A stretch of 64,000 bases of DNA from Candidatus Bathyarchaeia archaeon (GCA_038882955.1 JAVZNC010000001.1:309775-373774), one strand, 5' to 3'. Shown: positions 47,822 to 58,563, numbered from the stretch's first letter. Translations and numbers: made by a program. Notes: a model not told the origin generated them from the letters alone.

Positions 47822-49327
47822 CTAGACGTACTGCGTTATTTCAGCTTTATGCCTATTCTGCCATTCTTTTATTGACAGTCCTAGCTTCTTCTCTATTTCA
47901 GCCCTATGTATGGAGTTCATTGTGCAGAAGGGTATTATGCGCCCATCTGGTATAGCATAGTGGATAACGCATCTTTGTACGCGTTCTAGGTCGAAGTTGT
48001 ACGGGTCCATGAAGTGCATGGCGGAAAGCAATATTGATTTTCTCTGCAGTTTGCCCAGCGCCTCATAGCTTCCTTCCTTTAGTACGCCCCAAACATGCTT
48101 TCTTAGAAAACTGAATTTAATATGCCGCAAAGCCCCGACCAAACGTAGTTTAGCCTTATTTTTGTTTCCCTTAGAAGTGTCATCATATATTTTCTTCATA
48201 GTTTCAATGAACTTGTCTACGTTTCCATAGCGTGTTATTGGAATGATTTCGCCATTTTCGATGAAAAGGTATGTTGCCATGCCGCAATGAGGATGCGCAG
48301 TGAACTCCACATACCTTTTGCCCTTAAGCGCTCCAACAGCTTTTGAGACTGGCACGACTGTTGGCACTGGATAGAAATCTGAAACCTTAATTTTGCCGTT
48401 TGTTTGCTCCTGCACTAGACGCATAAAGTCTGGGATTGTGATGCGCATTTTGTCGCGTTCAGCTTGCGGAAGCCTTCCACAGAGGGAAACTGGTTGAACG
48501 TTTACGCAGCGCACAACATCGAAATTTTTAACTGCAAAACGTATTATGTCGCCAAGCTGGTTGTCGTTAACGCCTTTAATCAATGTAACAACTAGGACTA
48601 TGCTGTCAATTCCGGCTTTTCGGCAGTTTTCAATAGCCTTCATTTTAACGTCTAGAAGGTCTATTCCACGGATGAACTTGTAAACGTCCGATGTTAAGCC
48701 GTCAAACTGCAAATAAACAGTGCTCATTCCAGCCTCTTTCAAGCCCTTGCAATACTCGACGCTTTGGGCAAGTCGAAGCCCATTCGTATTAACTTCAACG
48801 TGGCGGAAGCCAAGCTCTTTTGCCATTCGAATAAGCTCGAACAAGTCATTGCGAACAGTTGGTTCGCCGCCAGAAAACTGTAGAGCAGTCGCGGGTACTG
48901 GGTCGTTTTTGCGTAGGTTTTCAAGCATTCCCCTAATTTCTTCTTTCGTTGGCTCGTAAACGTATCCAGCGGCTGCGGCGTTCGCGAAGCAGACTGGACA
49001 TTTTAGGTTGCACCTGTTTGTGATGTCGATTATGGCCAGGGCTGTGTGCGACTTGTGCTGTGGGCATATTCCACAATCGTATGGGCAGCCATTAACTGTT
49101 TTTGTGCGAGGATTTCCTAAACCGTCACCATCGTATCTAAACTTTTCAGCACGCAAATACTGCTCATAATCAGACCAGTAGACATCTTGGAAAAAGCCGT
49201 GTTCTGGACAGGTCTTCTTTATGTAAACCTTTCCATCATTCTCGAATATTGTAGCGTCTACGACTTTTAGGCATTCGGGACAAAGGCTTTTCGTGTCTTT
49301 TATGACTTGCATGTTCTCACTCATCAC
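47822..49327 (-). CDS. tes: tetraether lipid synthase Tes (GDGT-MAS), radical SAM
   Basis: SLCPEC...CPEHG, CPYDCGICPQH, CNLKCPVC, HPHCG, CVIHY...IPFC. Confidence 0.85.
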   Translation of the reverse strand: MMSENMQVIKDTKSLCPECLKVVDATIFENDGKVYIKKTCPEHGFFQDVYWSDYEQYLRAEKFRYDGDGLGNPRTKTVNGCPYDCGICPQHKSHTALAIIDITNRCNLKCPVCFANAAAAGYVYEPTKEEIRGMLENLRKNDPVPATALQFSGGEPTVRNDLFELIRMAKELGFRHVEVNTNGLRLAQSVEYCKGLKEAGMSTVYLQFDGLTSDVYKFIRGIDLLDVKMKAIENCRKAGIDSIVLVVTLIKGVNDNQLGDIIRFAVKNFDVVRCVNVQPVSLCGRLPQAERDKMRITIPDFMRLVQEQTNGKIKVSDFYPVPTVVPVSKAVGALKGKRYVEFTAHPHCGMATYLFIENGEIIPITRYGNVDKFIETMKKIYDDTSKGNKNKAKLRLVGALRHIKFSFLRKHVWGVLKEGSYEALGKLQRKSILLSAMHFMDPYNFDLERVQRCVIHYAIPDGRIIPFCTMNSIHRAEIEKKLGLSIKEWQNRHKAEITQYV

Positions 49328-49411
49328 AAATCAATTGTGAAGTTTGTAAGAAAAGGGTAGGATATAATAAGGTTTCCAAACTTTTCATAAGGTGATTAAG
49401 GGGATAACGCG

Positions 49412-50164
49412 TTGCCGGTAAGCGAAGAAACAAAAAAAATTCTGCGAGAGATAGGACTGAACACATACGAAGTTGACGCGTACATAGCTCTTCTGGAGGG
49501 CGGACAAATGACAGCCATGGAAATAAGCAGAAAAGGAAAAGTTCCATACTCAAAAATCTACGAAGTTCTAAACTCGCTTAGGGACAAAGGATGGATAAAA
49601 AGGGTTGAAACGCGACCAACAAAGTATCATCCGGAGGCTCCGCTTGAAGCAATAGCAAACGCTAGGCTCAGATTCGAGGAGAAATACAAGTTTTGGGAAC
49701 AAAAAATCGCCAATGAACTGCAGCTGTTGTATGAGCGACAAGAGCTTGTTGAACGCCCCGATATACTAATATTGCATGGACAGAAGGCGGTTATGGCTAA
49801 ACTTGAAGAGACACTACACAAGGCAAACAAGGAAATAATGGTTGCAGTTCCAGAATTCGCAAAAAACATGATTGCATCTTCAGCTACACTTCTCCAGGAA
49901 ACACCGAAAAAAGCCAACGTGGAAGTGAAGGTTATGGTTTCGGAAAAAATCGTGGACGAAAAGCTTAGGAAACTAGCGCATTTTGTGGACTTGCGCGCTA
50001 GAGACCAGATGTTCGGCGGGGGCATAATTGTTGACGGAAAGGAGGCAATGCTTTTTCTTGGCGAGGAAAAACCAAGCCTAGTGATATGGAGCAACCATAC
50101 TGGACTTGTCCGTTTTGCTAGGGAATACTTCCAGTTCTTATGGGATTCTTCTCAAAGAGTTTAA
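49412..50164 (+). CDS. TrmB family transcriptional regulator
   Basis: GLNTYEVDAY, VPYSKIYEVLNSL..KGWI, RPTKY. Confidence 0.9.
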   Translation: MPVSEETKKILREIGLNTYEVDAYIALLEGGQMTAMEISRKGKVPYSKIYEVLNSLRDKGWIKRVETRPTKYHPEAPLEAIANARLRFEEKYKFWEQKIANELQLLYERQELVERPDILILHGQKAVMAKLEETLHKANKEIMVAVPEFAKNMIASSATLLQETPKKANVEVKVMVSEKIVDEKLRKLAHFVDLRARDQMFGGGIIVDGKEAMLFLGEEKPSLVIWSNHTGLVRFAREYFQFLWDSSQRV

Positions 50165-50210
50165 AAGCGCAAAATTGCGAAAAAGAAAGGGGAAAACGAG
50201 AAAACGGCTC

Positions 50211-50432
50211 TTATCTACCCATGACTTTTTTCGCTGCAATTTCAATGTCTTCTGCTTTTATGGTTTTCCTTCCAGCATGCATCGCAAAATCAAGCGCCTC
50301 TTTAGCGATTTTTATTCCAACTTCCTCTAAAGCCTTAGCAAGCTCTTTTGCTGCTGCTTCACTAACGCGGTCTGCTCCAGCTTTTTTGCATATTCTATGC
50401 ATAGGAGCGACAGCTAACTCCAAATCAGCCAT
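50211..50432 (-). CDS. archaeal histone
   Basis: [19 protein letters not shown]...[12 protein letters not shown]; ATG at 50432 with GGAGGAG RBS. Confidence 0.95.
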   Translation of the reverse strand: MADLELAVAPMHRICKKAGADRVSEAAAKELAKALEEVGIKIAKEALDFAMHAGRKTIKAEDIEIAAKKVMGR

Positions 50433-50549
50433 AAAGACTCCTCCGTAGCCTCTTTTTCTATTTAAAACAATATTTAACCTTTTCTTGTTAAAGGGATAAA
50501 TTATAAAAGTGCACGTGACAACGTAATCTGTATCCAAGAGGATGCAACA

Positions 50550-51329
50550 ATGAAGTTTGTTGATGCGCACATTCACTTGTCAGATAAAGAATACGCCAAT
50601 TGCGTGGAAGAAATTGTAAATGAAGCGAAAAAAGCCGATGTTGTCGCCCTAGTTTCAAACTCGATGAATTTAAAGACGAGCATCGAGAGCCTAAAGCTTG
50701 CTGAAAAGTATGATGGAATGGTTTACGCTGCTTTGGGAATCCATCCATGGAACGTGCAAGCATTAACGGATGATGAACTTCAAGAAGTTGTGAATTTGAT
50801 CTCCGGGCAGAAGATGAACCAGGCGGTTGTTGCCGTAGGAGAGGTGGGGCTAGACGCAAAATACGAGAAGATTTGGGCTAAACAACTAAAGGTTTTTGAT
50901 GAAATGCTACATTCAGCTGAAAGGCTTGATTTGCCAGTTATAATCCACTCGCGTGGCACAACAGCACAGATTGTGGATATGCTTCCTTCATATCGCCTCA
51001 AGAAAGTGCTGCTCCACTGGTTCAGCAACCCAATAAGCGCGTTAAAAAAGGCAATAGAAAATGGGTACTGCATTACGGAGGGACCGCCGGCAGTTTACTC
51101 TAACGGCATCCAATATGTTGTGAGACGAACACCATTAACAAATTTGCTAACAGAAACTGATGGTCCAGTAAGGTATTTTAGACAGCCTTTCAACGGCAAG
51201 AAAACAACTCCAGCGTTCATACCAGCAGTGGTCGAAGCAATAGCGAAAATAAAGGGACTAGACGTCGAAGAGGTTGCAGAACAAATCGCAAAGAATTTTA
51301 CAGAGTTTTTTGGAGTAAAGTTAAATTAG
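50550..51329 (+). CDS. tatD: TatD family DNase
   Basis: DAHIH, GIHPW, GEVGLD, IHSR, HWF, ETDGP. Confidence 0.92.
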   Translation: MKFVDAHIHLSDKEYANCVEEIVNEAKKADVVALVSNSMNLKTSIESLKLAEKYDGMVYAALGIHPWNVQALTDDELQEVVNLISGQKMNQAVVAVGEVGLDAKYEKIWAKQLKVFDEMLHSAERLDLPVIIHSRGTTAQIVDMLPSYRLKKVLLHWFSNPISALKKAIENGYCITEGPPAVYSNGIQYVVRRTPLTNLLTETDGPVRYFRQPFNGKKTTPAFIPAVVEAIAKIKGLDVEEVAEQIAKNFTEFFGVKLN

Positions 51330-51400
51330 GGTTGTTTCTATTGAAGGTTTACTTTAACAAGCTTTAAACGGCGGATTGGAGTGTTGGGGGAAAACGCTGC

Positions 51401-51622
51401 TTGGGAAGTGTGCGGACAGAACAAATCAAGCGAGTGGCCAAGGAACTCCTTAAACGTTTTCCAGAAAGATTCTCAAACGATTTTGAACATAACAAGCGCA
51501 TGGTGAGCATGCTCACACAAGGGGCAACAGTAAAAGTGCGGAACCAAATTGCTGGCTACATAACACATGCACTTGCTGGAATGGCGCCGCTGCCAAACCA
51601 AGAGGAGGACAAAAGCGAGTAA
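51401..51622 (+). CDS. rps17e: 30S ribosomal protein eS17
   Basis: MGSVRTEQIKR, DFEHNK, VRNQIAGYIT. Confidence 0.95.
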   Translation: MGSVRTEQIKRVAKELLKRFPERFSNDFEHNKRMVSMLTQGATVKVRNQIAGYITHALAGMAPLPNQEEDKSE

Positions 51623-51670
51623 CATTATTAAAACACGAAGTTAAATTTTGAAATCATAAAGAGGAAAAGC

Positions 51671-52048
51671 ATGATGATGGATGCTTACAGAAAGGGTTGG
51701 GCTCTTAGGTATTTGCGCGAAGCCAAAGCAGAGCTTGAAGCAGCGAGGAAAATGCCTTACATGGCGCCAAGCCTTGTCGTTGAGGCTATTAGAAAAGCTC
51801 GCAACGCAATTTACTACAGCCTAGGAGAACCAGCCTTCATAGAAATAGTTGTAAGAGAAGTTGCGGAAAGGGCAAAGCCAATCGAAGACCCGTTCCTACG
51901 CTTTCTAATAGGCATGGAGGAGATGATGCAGCAACTGGCGCAACTAGAAGAGGTTGACGGGGAAAAGGCGATAAAAAGGGCTGATAGCCTAATCCAAGCA
52001 GCATCTGACATTGTGGAGACAATGACTGGAGAAAAAATAGAAGATTAA
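51671..52048 (+). CDS. hypothetical helical protein (HEPN-like)
   Basis: WALRYLREAKAEL...AIRKARNAIYYSLG; GAGG RBS. Confidence 0.65.
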   Translation: MMMDAYRKGWALRYLREAKAELEAARKMPYMAPSLVVEAIRKARNAIYYSLGEPAFIEIVVREVAERAKPIEDPFLRFLIGMEEMMQQLAQLEEVDGEKAIKRADSLIQAASDIVETMTGEKIED

Positions 52049-52058
52049 AGCGTGTTAT

Positions 52059-53240
52059 CTACTTGTTTTTGATGAAAATCGCTATTCTATCCAAAGCCTT
52101 CTTTATGTTTTCAACGGAATTGGCAAAGGACAAACGCAGATAGCCCTCACCATACTTCCCAAACGATGTGCCAGGTAGAACTGCAACTCCGGCCTCTTTC
52201 AGTAAGCGGTCTCCAAATTCGCGGCAATTCATCCCAGTTCCAGTTATGTTTGGAAAAACATAGAAAGCTCCACGAGGCTTCTTGCAAGTTATGCCCTTAA
52301 TCTGGTTCAATCCGGAAACTATGACCTCTCGGCGCTTTTTGAATTCGGCAACCATCTTTTCAACATCATTTTGCGGCCCCCTTAAGGCTTCAACGCCAGC
52401 CATCTGAACGAAAGCGCATGTGCATGAGTTCGAGTTAATCATGAGTTGGGTAACCTTTTGAGCTACGTCCTTGCGCATTACGCCGTAACCGAGCCTCCAG
52501 CCTGTCATGGCGTAGGTTTTTGAGAAACCATCCAAGATTATAGTTTTATCTTTCATTCCTGGAAGCGATGCGATGCTTTCGTGTTCGCCTTCGTAGATAA
52601 TTCTGCTGTAAATTTCGTCTGAAAGAACGAGAATGTCGTCCCTATCGGCGATGCAGTCGGCTATAAGCTTCAAATCTTCTCTTGTTAGAACGCCGCCAGT
52701 TGGGTTTTCAGGCGAGTTCAAAATAATCATTTTAGTCTTCTTCGTCAACTTCTTCTTAAAATCTTCATGGTCAAGCCTAAAATCGTTCTTCTCCAAAAGT
52801 GGTATTGGCACGGGTTTTGCTCCAACAAAATTTATCAAAGATTCGTAAATTGGAAAGCCAGGGTTAGGATACATGACCTCTTCGCCCTCGTTTACGCATG
52901 CAAGAATGCTGAAACACATGATTGGTTTTGCTCCTGGCGTCACAACAACCTCTTCAGGGTCAACCTCTATCCTTCTAGTTTTGGAAATGTATTCGGCTAT
53001 TGCCTCGCGTAGTTCTGGAATTCCAGCGGCTGGAACATAATGTGTATAGCCAGAATAGAGCGCTTTCACGGCAGCTTCTTTTATGTTCTTTGGCGTGTCA
53101 AAGTCTGGCTCGCCAATCTCTAAATGTATCACTTCTTTTCCCTGTTTTTCTAATGCTTTGGCTTTTGCAAGAACCTCGAAGGCTGTTTCTGTTCCGAGAG
53201 TATCCATCCTTTTCGCGAAGATAGAGCGCACATAAACCAC
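52059..53240 (-). CDS. class I/II PLP aminotransferase (aspartate aminotransferase-like)
   Basis: IGEPDF, NSPENPTG, SDEIY, GFSKTYAMTGWRLG. Confidence 0.93.
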   Translation of the reverse strand: MVYVRSIFAKRMDTLGTETAFEVLAKAKALEKQGKEVIHLEIGEPDFDTPKNIKEAAVKALYSGYTHYVPAAGIPELREAIAEYISKTRRIEVDPEEVVVTPGAKPIMCFSILACVNEGEEVMYPNPGFPIYESLINFVGAKPVPIPLLEKNDFRLDHEDFKKKLTKKTKMIILNSPENPTGGVLTREDLKLIADCIADRDDILVLSDEIYSRIIYEGEHESIASLPGMKDKTIILDGFSKTYAMTGWRLGYGVMRKDVAQKVTQLMINSNSCTCAFVQMAGVEALRGPQNDVEKMVAEFKKRREVIVSGLNQIKGITCKKPRGAFYVFPNITGTGMNCREFGDRLLKEAGVAVLPGTSFGKYGEGYLRLSFANSVENIKKALDRIAIFIKNK

Positions 53241-53322
53241 CTTTTAGTCTTGCAGTAGAAGGTTAAAGGTAAAAATGTAGGGGGTATTTAACTATTACAG
53301 TGAGGTAGACGCTAAACTTATG

Positions 53323-54336
53323 TTAAAACAGTTTTGTTAACGGGCGAACTTTCATCACGTCTGGATTGACAAGGTTCGGCGGTGTTTTGCCCTCAAAGAA
53401 AGCCACAAGATTCTCGGCAACCATCTCAGCCATTCTGCTCCGCGTTTCATAACTTGCACTCGAAATGTGTGGGGCAACAACGACATTGTCAAGTTTAAGC
53501 AAAGGATTATCAACAGGCGTTGGCTCCTGCTCAAAAACGTCAAGCCCAGCGCCAGCTATTGTGCCCTTCTTTAATGCTTCGTAAAGCGCTTTTTCATCAA
53601 CGACAGGCCCTCTGGCATTGTTAATTAGGTAGGCTGTTTTCTTCATGAGCTTTAGTTTTTCCGCGTTTATCAAGTGGTATGTTTCCTTCATCAGCGGAAC
53701 GTGAATGCTAACGAAGTCTGACTCCTTCAAAAGCGTGTCCAAGTCGACACGTTTCGCGCCGAGTTCCTTCTCCATCTCTGGTCTTGGTATAACGTCGTAA
53801 TATAGGATTTTCATGTTGAAGCCCTTAGCCCTCTTCGCAACGGCATACCCAATTCGTCCAGCACCAACAACGCCCATGGTAGCGCCGTGAACATCCCTAC
53901 CCAAGAGCATGCTGGGATGCCATCCAACCTTCCACTGACCAGTGCGCACATACTTGTCAGCTTCAACAACACGCCTTGCAACAGCCATAAGCAAAGCCCA
54001 AGCAAAATCAGCCGTGGTGTCGGTTAAAACCTCAGGAGTGTTGGTCACGTATATGCCCCGCTTGGTAGCCTCTTGTATGTCGATGTTGTCAAAGCCCACA
54101 GCCATCTGAGAAACTATCTTCAACTTTGGCGCAGCATCAAAAACCTCAGCGTCAATCTTGTCCGACAAAAGCGAAACGAGACCGTCAACATTCCTAACCT
54201 TCTCAATTATCACTTTTTTAGGCGGCGGTACATATTCAGGCCAAACCTCAGCATCAAAATATTTCCTAATTATTTTTAGGCCTCTTTCTGGAAGTTCACG
54301 CGTAACATAAACTTTTGGTTTAGGCATGAAATTCAC
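53323..54336 (-). CDS. gyaR: glyoxylate/hydroxypyruvate reductase
   Basis: AVGFDNID, NTPEVLT, GAGRIG, NNARG, DVFEQEP, PHISS. Confidence 0.88.
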   Translation of the reverse strand: MNFMPKPKVYVTRELPERGLKIIRKYFDAEVWPEYVPPPKKVIIEKVRNVDGLVSLLSDKIDAEVFDAAPKLKIVSQMAVGFDNIDIQEATKRGIYVTNTPEVLTDTTADFAWALLMAVARRVVEADKYVRTGQWKVGWHPSMLLGRDVHGATMGVVGAGRIGYAVAKRAKGFNMKILYYDVIPRPEMEKELGAKRVDLDTLLKESDFVSIHVPLMKETYHLINAEKLKLMKKTAYLINNARGPVVDEKALYEALKKGTIAGAGLDVFEQEPTPVDNPLLKLDNVVVAPHISSASYETRSRMAEMVAENLVAFFEGKTPPNLVNPDVMKVRPLTKLF

Positions 54337-54424
54337 CGTTTAAATGCTGTGAATTCTTTTATTAATGAGCTGTTTATTACACTTACGCAACGCAAAAAGC
54401 AAAGCCAATGATGGGCTATCAGAA

Positions 54425-55801
54425 ATGATAAAAATAAAGAACTTGGAGAAACTTGTCGAAAACGGTGAAAAAGAACGCGATAAGAAGGCTAGGGCATTAG
54501 CTCTTAAAAGTCTCGAAAAAGCACTAAACGCGGTTGACCCCAAACAAATAATACGGTCGACGGTTTCCCTAAAAAACTCGACACTTTATGTTGAAAAATA
54601 CTCATTTAACCTAAAAGAGTTTAGAAACGTTTATGTGGTGGGCGGCGGCAAGGCAAGCGGCTCAATGGCTGAAGCTCTTGAAAAGATTTTGGGCAGCCAT
54701 ATCAAGGATGGGATTGTCAATGTTCCATACAACACCAAAAGCAGAACGAGAATTATCAGAATTCACAGTGCGAGCCACCCAATTCCAGACGAGAAAGGCG
54801 TAGAAGGAACAAGGCGGATGCTGGAAATAGTTGAAAACGTAGATGAGAAAGACTTAGTTATATGCTTGATTTCTGGCGGTGGTTCAAGCCTTATGCCCAT
54901 GCCGCGAGACGGGATATCGTTGGCAGATAAGCGGGAGATAACTGACGCATTGCTGAAGTGTGGCGCAACAATAAACGAGATTAACACTGTGCGTAAGCAT
55001 ATTTCAGATTTTAAGGGCGGATGGTTGGCGAAAAAAGCTTACCCAGCAACAATAATAAACTTGATTTTATCTGACGTAGTTGGCGACCCATTAGACTTTA
55101 TAGCATCTGGACCAACAGTCCCAGATTCAACAACATTCACAGACGCAATAAACGTCCTAAAAAAGTATAACCTTTGGGAAAAGGCTCCAGAATCCATACG
55201 TAAAGTCCTAACAGACGGAGAGAAGGGAATAATCCCAGAAACGCCGAAAGAAGGCGACGAAGCCTTCAAAAAAGTCTTCAACATCGTGGTCGGAAACAAT
55301 AGGCTTGCAAGCCAAAAAGCCAAAGAATATCTTGCATCTCAAGGATTAAACACGCTTTTGTTAACGGCTACGCTTGAAGGGGAAGCCAGACACGTTGGGA
55401 CAATGCTGTCCGCGATAGCCAGCGAAATCGCAAAACACAACAACCCAATTACGAAGCCGGCTGGCATAATCGCGGGTGGAGAAACGACAGTTACAGTTAT
55501 GGGGAAAGGCGTTGGTGGAAGAAACCAAGAAATAGCCCTGTCAGCCGCAAAAAAACTAAAGGGCATAGAAGGCACCGTAATAGCCTCGCTAAGCACCGAT
55601 GGCATTGACGGTCCAACAGACGCGGCTGGGGCAATTGTTGATGGAAAAACATTGGCGAAAGCGCATAAAATGGGACTTAACCCAGAAAGGTTTCTAACTG
55701 AAAATGATTCTTACAGCTTCTTTGCCAAACTTGGCGATTTGATTTTCACTGGACCAACTGGAACAAACGTCAATGACATTTCAGTGATAGTGGTCCTATA
55801 A
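54425..55801 (+). CDS. gck: glycerate 2-kinase (MOFRL family)
   Basis: GGGKAS, SHPIPD, ISGGGS, IASGPT, GGETTV, GGRNQE, TDGIDG, TGTNVND. Confidence 0.92.
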   Translation: MIKIKNLEKLVENGEKERDKKARALALKSLEKALNAVDPKQIIRSTVSLKNSTLYVEKYSFNLKEFRNVYVVGGGKASGSMAEALEKILGSHIKDGIVNVPYNTKSRTRIIRIHSASHPIPDEKGVEGTRRMLEIVENVDEKDLVICLISGGGSSLMPMPRDGISLADKREITDALLKCGATINEINTVRKHISDFKGGWLAKKAYPATIINLILSDVVGDPLDFIASGPTVPDSTTFTDAINVLKKYNLWEKAPESIRKVLTDGEKGIIPETPKEGDEAFKKVFNIVVGNNRLASQKAKEYLASQGLNTLLLTATLEGEARHVGTMLSAIASEIAKHNNPITKPAGIIAGGETTVTVMGKGVGGRNQEIALSAAKKLKGIEGTVIASLSTDGIDGPTDAAGAIVDGKTLAKAHKMGLNPERFLTENDSYSFFAKLGDLIFTGPTGTNVNDISVIVVL

Positions 55802-55815
55802 ACAGATGTGAGAGA

Positions 55816-56100
55816 ATGGTTGTGACGTTTAAATTTGTTGGTGCGTTCCGAAGTCTTGCTGAAAAGGAAAAGCAAACATTACATATTGGAAAAACTATTT
55901 CGCTACAAGAAGCGCTGCGGAAAATTGTGGAAAAAGAGAAGCGGCTCAAAAGAGCGCTTATCGACCCAGAGTTGGAAGACCCGCGTCCTAATGCACTTAT
56001 AATTGTGAATGGAAAAGAAATCAGCGTCTTAAATGGTTTAGACACTGTTCTGGCGGATGGCGATGAAGTTGTACTTATCCCAGTTATTCATGGAGGATAA
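55816..56100 (+). CDS. MoaD/SAMP ubiquitin-like protein
   Basis: Beta-grasp VNG...DGDEV; C-terminal HGG. Confidence 0.9.
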   Translation: MVVTFKFVGAFRSLAEKEKQTLHIGKTISLQEALRKIVEKEKRLKRALIDPELEDPRPNALIIVNGKEISVLNGLDTVLADGDEVVLIPVIHGG

Positions 56101-56102
56101 AA

Positions 56103-56864
56103 ATGGAGCTTTACGCGATAAAAACAGAAACAGTGAGCGTTGGCGACAACCTTGTCGAAGTGATTCTTGAATCCGCCAAGAAACAGAAACTGCAGCTGCA
56201 AGATAATGATATTATAGTTTTAACTTCGAAGATTCTGGCTTATGCCCAAGGACGTGTGGCAAAGCTTGCAGACATAAAACCTTCAGTGGATGCGCGTAAA
56301 CTTGCAGAAAAATATTCGCTGCAGCCAGAGTTTGCAGAGCTAGTTCTACGCGAAGCGGAGAAAATCTACGGCGGAGTAAAGCGGGCTGTTTTAACGCTTA
56401 AAGACGGGGTTCTAACGGCAAACGCTGGAATAGATAACAAAAACGCTCCAAACGACTATGTTGCGCTATGGCCCCAAGACCCCAAGAAGTTGGCAGATAA
56501 GATTAGAAGCGAAATAAGGCGAAAAACTGGCAAAATAGTTGCCGTGCTAATAATTGACAGCGGTTTAACGCCGCTTAGAAGGGGCACGATAGGCATTGCG
56601 TTGGCTGTTTCTGGGTTTAAGCCCATCAAAGACTACCGGAAAGAGAAGGACATTTATGGAAAACCAATAATTATCACTCAAAATGCAGTTGCAGATAACC
56701 TGGCTTGCGCCGCGCATTTACTGATGGGTGAGGCTGCAGAGAAAACGCCTATAATTTTGGTTAGAAACGCGCCAGTTGAGTTTGAAGATAAAAGCTATGG
56801 ACCAAGGGATATGATGATGCCGTTCGAAGAGTGCATCTTTATGGGAAGCCTCAAAATACATTAG
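56103..56864 (+). CDS. cofE: F420-0:gamma-glutamyl ligase family protein
   Basis: DIIVLTSKI, ANAGIDNKN, IIDS...RRG, MGEAAEKTP. Confidence 0.8.
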   Translation: MELYAIKTETVSVGDNLVEVILESAKKQKLQLQDNDIIVLTSKILAYAQGRVAKLADIKPSVDARKLAEKYSLQPEFAELVLREAEKIYGGVKRAVLTLKDGVLTANAGIDNKNAPNDYVALWPQDPKKLADKIRSEIRRKTGKIVAVLIIDSGLTPLRRGTIGIALAVSGFKPIKDYRKEKDIYGKPIIITQNAVADNLACAAHLLMGEAAEKTPIILVRNAPVEFEDKSYGPRDMMMPFEECIFMGSLKIH

Positions 56865-56867
56865 GCT

Positions 56868-57608
56868 TTATGATTCTTGAGCTTTCAGGAAGCCCATTGA
56901 AAACAAAATTCTATGCACTGGCAACCCGAGCAAGGCAGCGCCAAACGCGATAATTGTTCGCTCCACTGGATAAAAAAACGTTGTAGCCTGCCAAATTCCC
57001 TTCAAAACATCCAAGTTTGCGGTTACGGGCCAAGAAATGAGCTCAAAAACCAGTGAACCTGCAATTTGCCCCGCTAAAGTTGCTGTTAGGAAAGTTATGA
57101 AAAAGCTGAAAAGCGCTTTTTCATCGGCTTTGGAATTTAGGTTTTTCAGCGCTACTGACTGAATTGGCGAGACCAGAATTATGAAGCCTACGAGTTGAAA
57201 CCATAGCATTGGTGGATGAAGCCAAACTGGACCGATAAGCGGGTAGAAGGCAAATATGAACAACAGAGAGAAATAAATGAAGGCACATGCAAACCTTCTC
57301 CTAGAGTATAATAAGCCAGCAAACAACGCTGTGACCACGCCAGCAGCAAGTCCCATAGGAGAAAAATATGGACTAAAGAATAACGCGATTGTTCCCCCAA
57401 AGAATGTGGAGAACGAGCCCAAATAGGCTCCGAGAACAACGCCAATCACCGGCGCGATTATGTTTGCGGCTGTTATGGCTCTACTGAAAAAGCCGATTAC
57501 TTGAGAGAGAGGCAGAAAAGAGAGAGCAGCGTATAATGCGGCGAATAATGTTGTCAAAGCCAAATTACGTGCGGTTAACCTTCGTGATTGCATGTCTGCG
57601 CTCTCCAT
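56868..57608 (-). CDS. membrane protein, ECF S-component-like
   Basis: LALTTLFAALYAAL, GVVLGAYLG, YPVERT; multiple TM helices. Confidence 0.65.
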   Translation of the reverse strand: MESADMQSRRLTARNLALTTLFAALYAALSFLPLSQVIGFFSRAITAANIIAPVIGVVLGAYLGSFSTFFGGTIALFFSPYFSPMGLAAGVVTALFAGLLYSRRRFACAFIYFSLLFIFAFYPLIGPVWLHPPMLWFQLVGFIILVSPIQSVALKNLNSKADEKALFSFFITFLTATLAGQIAGSLVFELISWPVTANLDVLKGIWQATTFFYPVERTIIAFGAALLGLPVHRILFSMGFLKAQES

Positions 57609-57700
57609 CGCAAGTGTTTATGCGACTTGTGCTTTGTTGCTTATAAGGAGATAGCATTATCTTTTCCAGTTTAAACTATAAAAGTTGGGAGCATAAGTCA

Positions 57701-58507
57701 TTGAGAAAACCCATAATCACCCTAACAACAGACTTTGGACTTAAAGACCCTTATGTAGCAGAAATGAAAGCCGTGATTTTGGACATATGTCCAAACGCGC
57801 AGATAGTGGACATAACTCACCAAATAGAAAAGTTTAACATACGAATGGGCGCTTATGTGCTGACTTGCGCGGCACCATACTTTCCAAAAGGCACAATACA
57901 CGTGGCAGTTGTAGACCCGGGCGTTGGAACTAGAAGGCGACCATTGCTTATAGAGGCTGTAAAGGACTTCTTCATCGGACCAGACAATGGTGTTTTGGCT
58001 TTAGCTACAAAAGCCCAAGGAATAAAGCGTGCATATGAAATTTTAAATCGCAAATTCTTGTTGCCGCGCATATCCAGAACTTTTCATGGAAGAGATATTT
58101 TCGCCCCAGCAGCAGCTCACATAGCAAACGGAGCGCCTCCATCAGAGTTTGGACCAGAAGTTGGAGAGATTATAGTTCCAGAATTTGCCAAGCTTGTCAA
58201 GAGAAGAGATTCTATCGTAGGCGAAGTTTTGCATGTGGACAGTTTCGGGAACATAATAACAAATTTTGGGGAGAAGGAGCTTAAGCTGATGCGCGTAGAC
58301 GACACTGTTAATGTTAAACTGAAAAACAAGCGGTTAAAGTTGAAGTTATGCAAAGCCTACGCAGAAGCTCCGCTAAAACAGCCATTAGCCATAATAGGAA
58401 GCCACAATTTTCTGGAAATATCCATAAATCAAGGCAGTGCTGCTGAAAAATTCAAAGTGAAAACAGGAGACAAGGTCACGCTTTACTGTGAACGGCAGAA
58501 AATCTAG
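57701..58507 (+). CDS. SAM hydroxide adenosyltransferase (DUF62)
   Basis: LTTDFG, VVDPGVG, GPDNG, TFHGRDIFAP, DSFGN. Confidence 0.92.
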   Translation: MRKPIITLTTDFGLKDPYVAEMKAVILDICPNAQIVDITHQIEKFNIRMGAYVLTCAAPYFPKGTIHVAVVDPGVGTRRRPLLIEAVKDFFIGPDNGVLALATKAQGIKRAYEILNRKFLLPRISRTFHGRDIFAPAAAHIANGAPPSEFGPEVGEIIVPEFAKLVKRRDSIVGEVLHVDSFGNIITNFGEKELKLMRVDDTVNVKLKNKRLKLKLCKAYAEAPLKQPLAIIGSHNFLEISINQGSAAEKFKVKTGDKVTLYCERQKI

Positions 58508-58563
58508 AGGGGGAGGAGCACTATTGCAGTGGAAAACCGTCAATAAAACACGGAATTGTCTAG

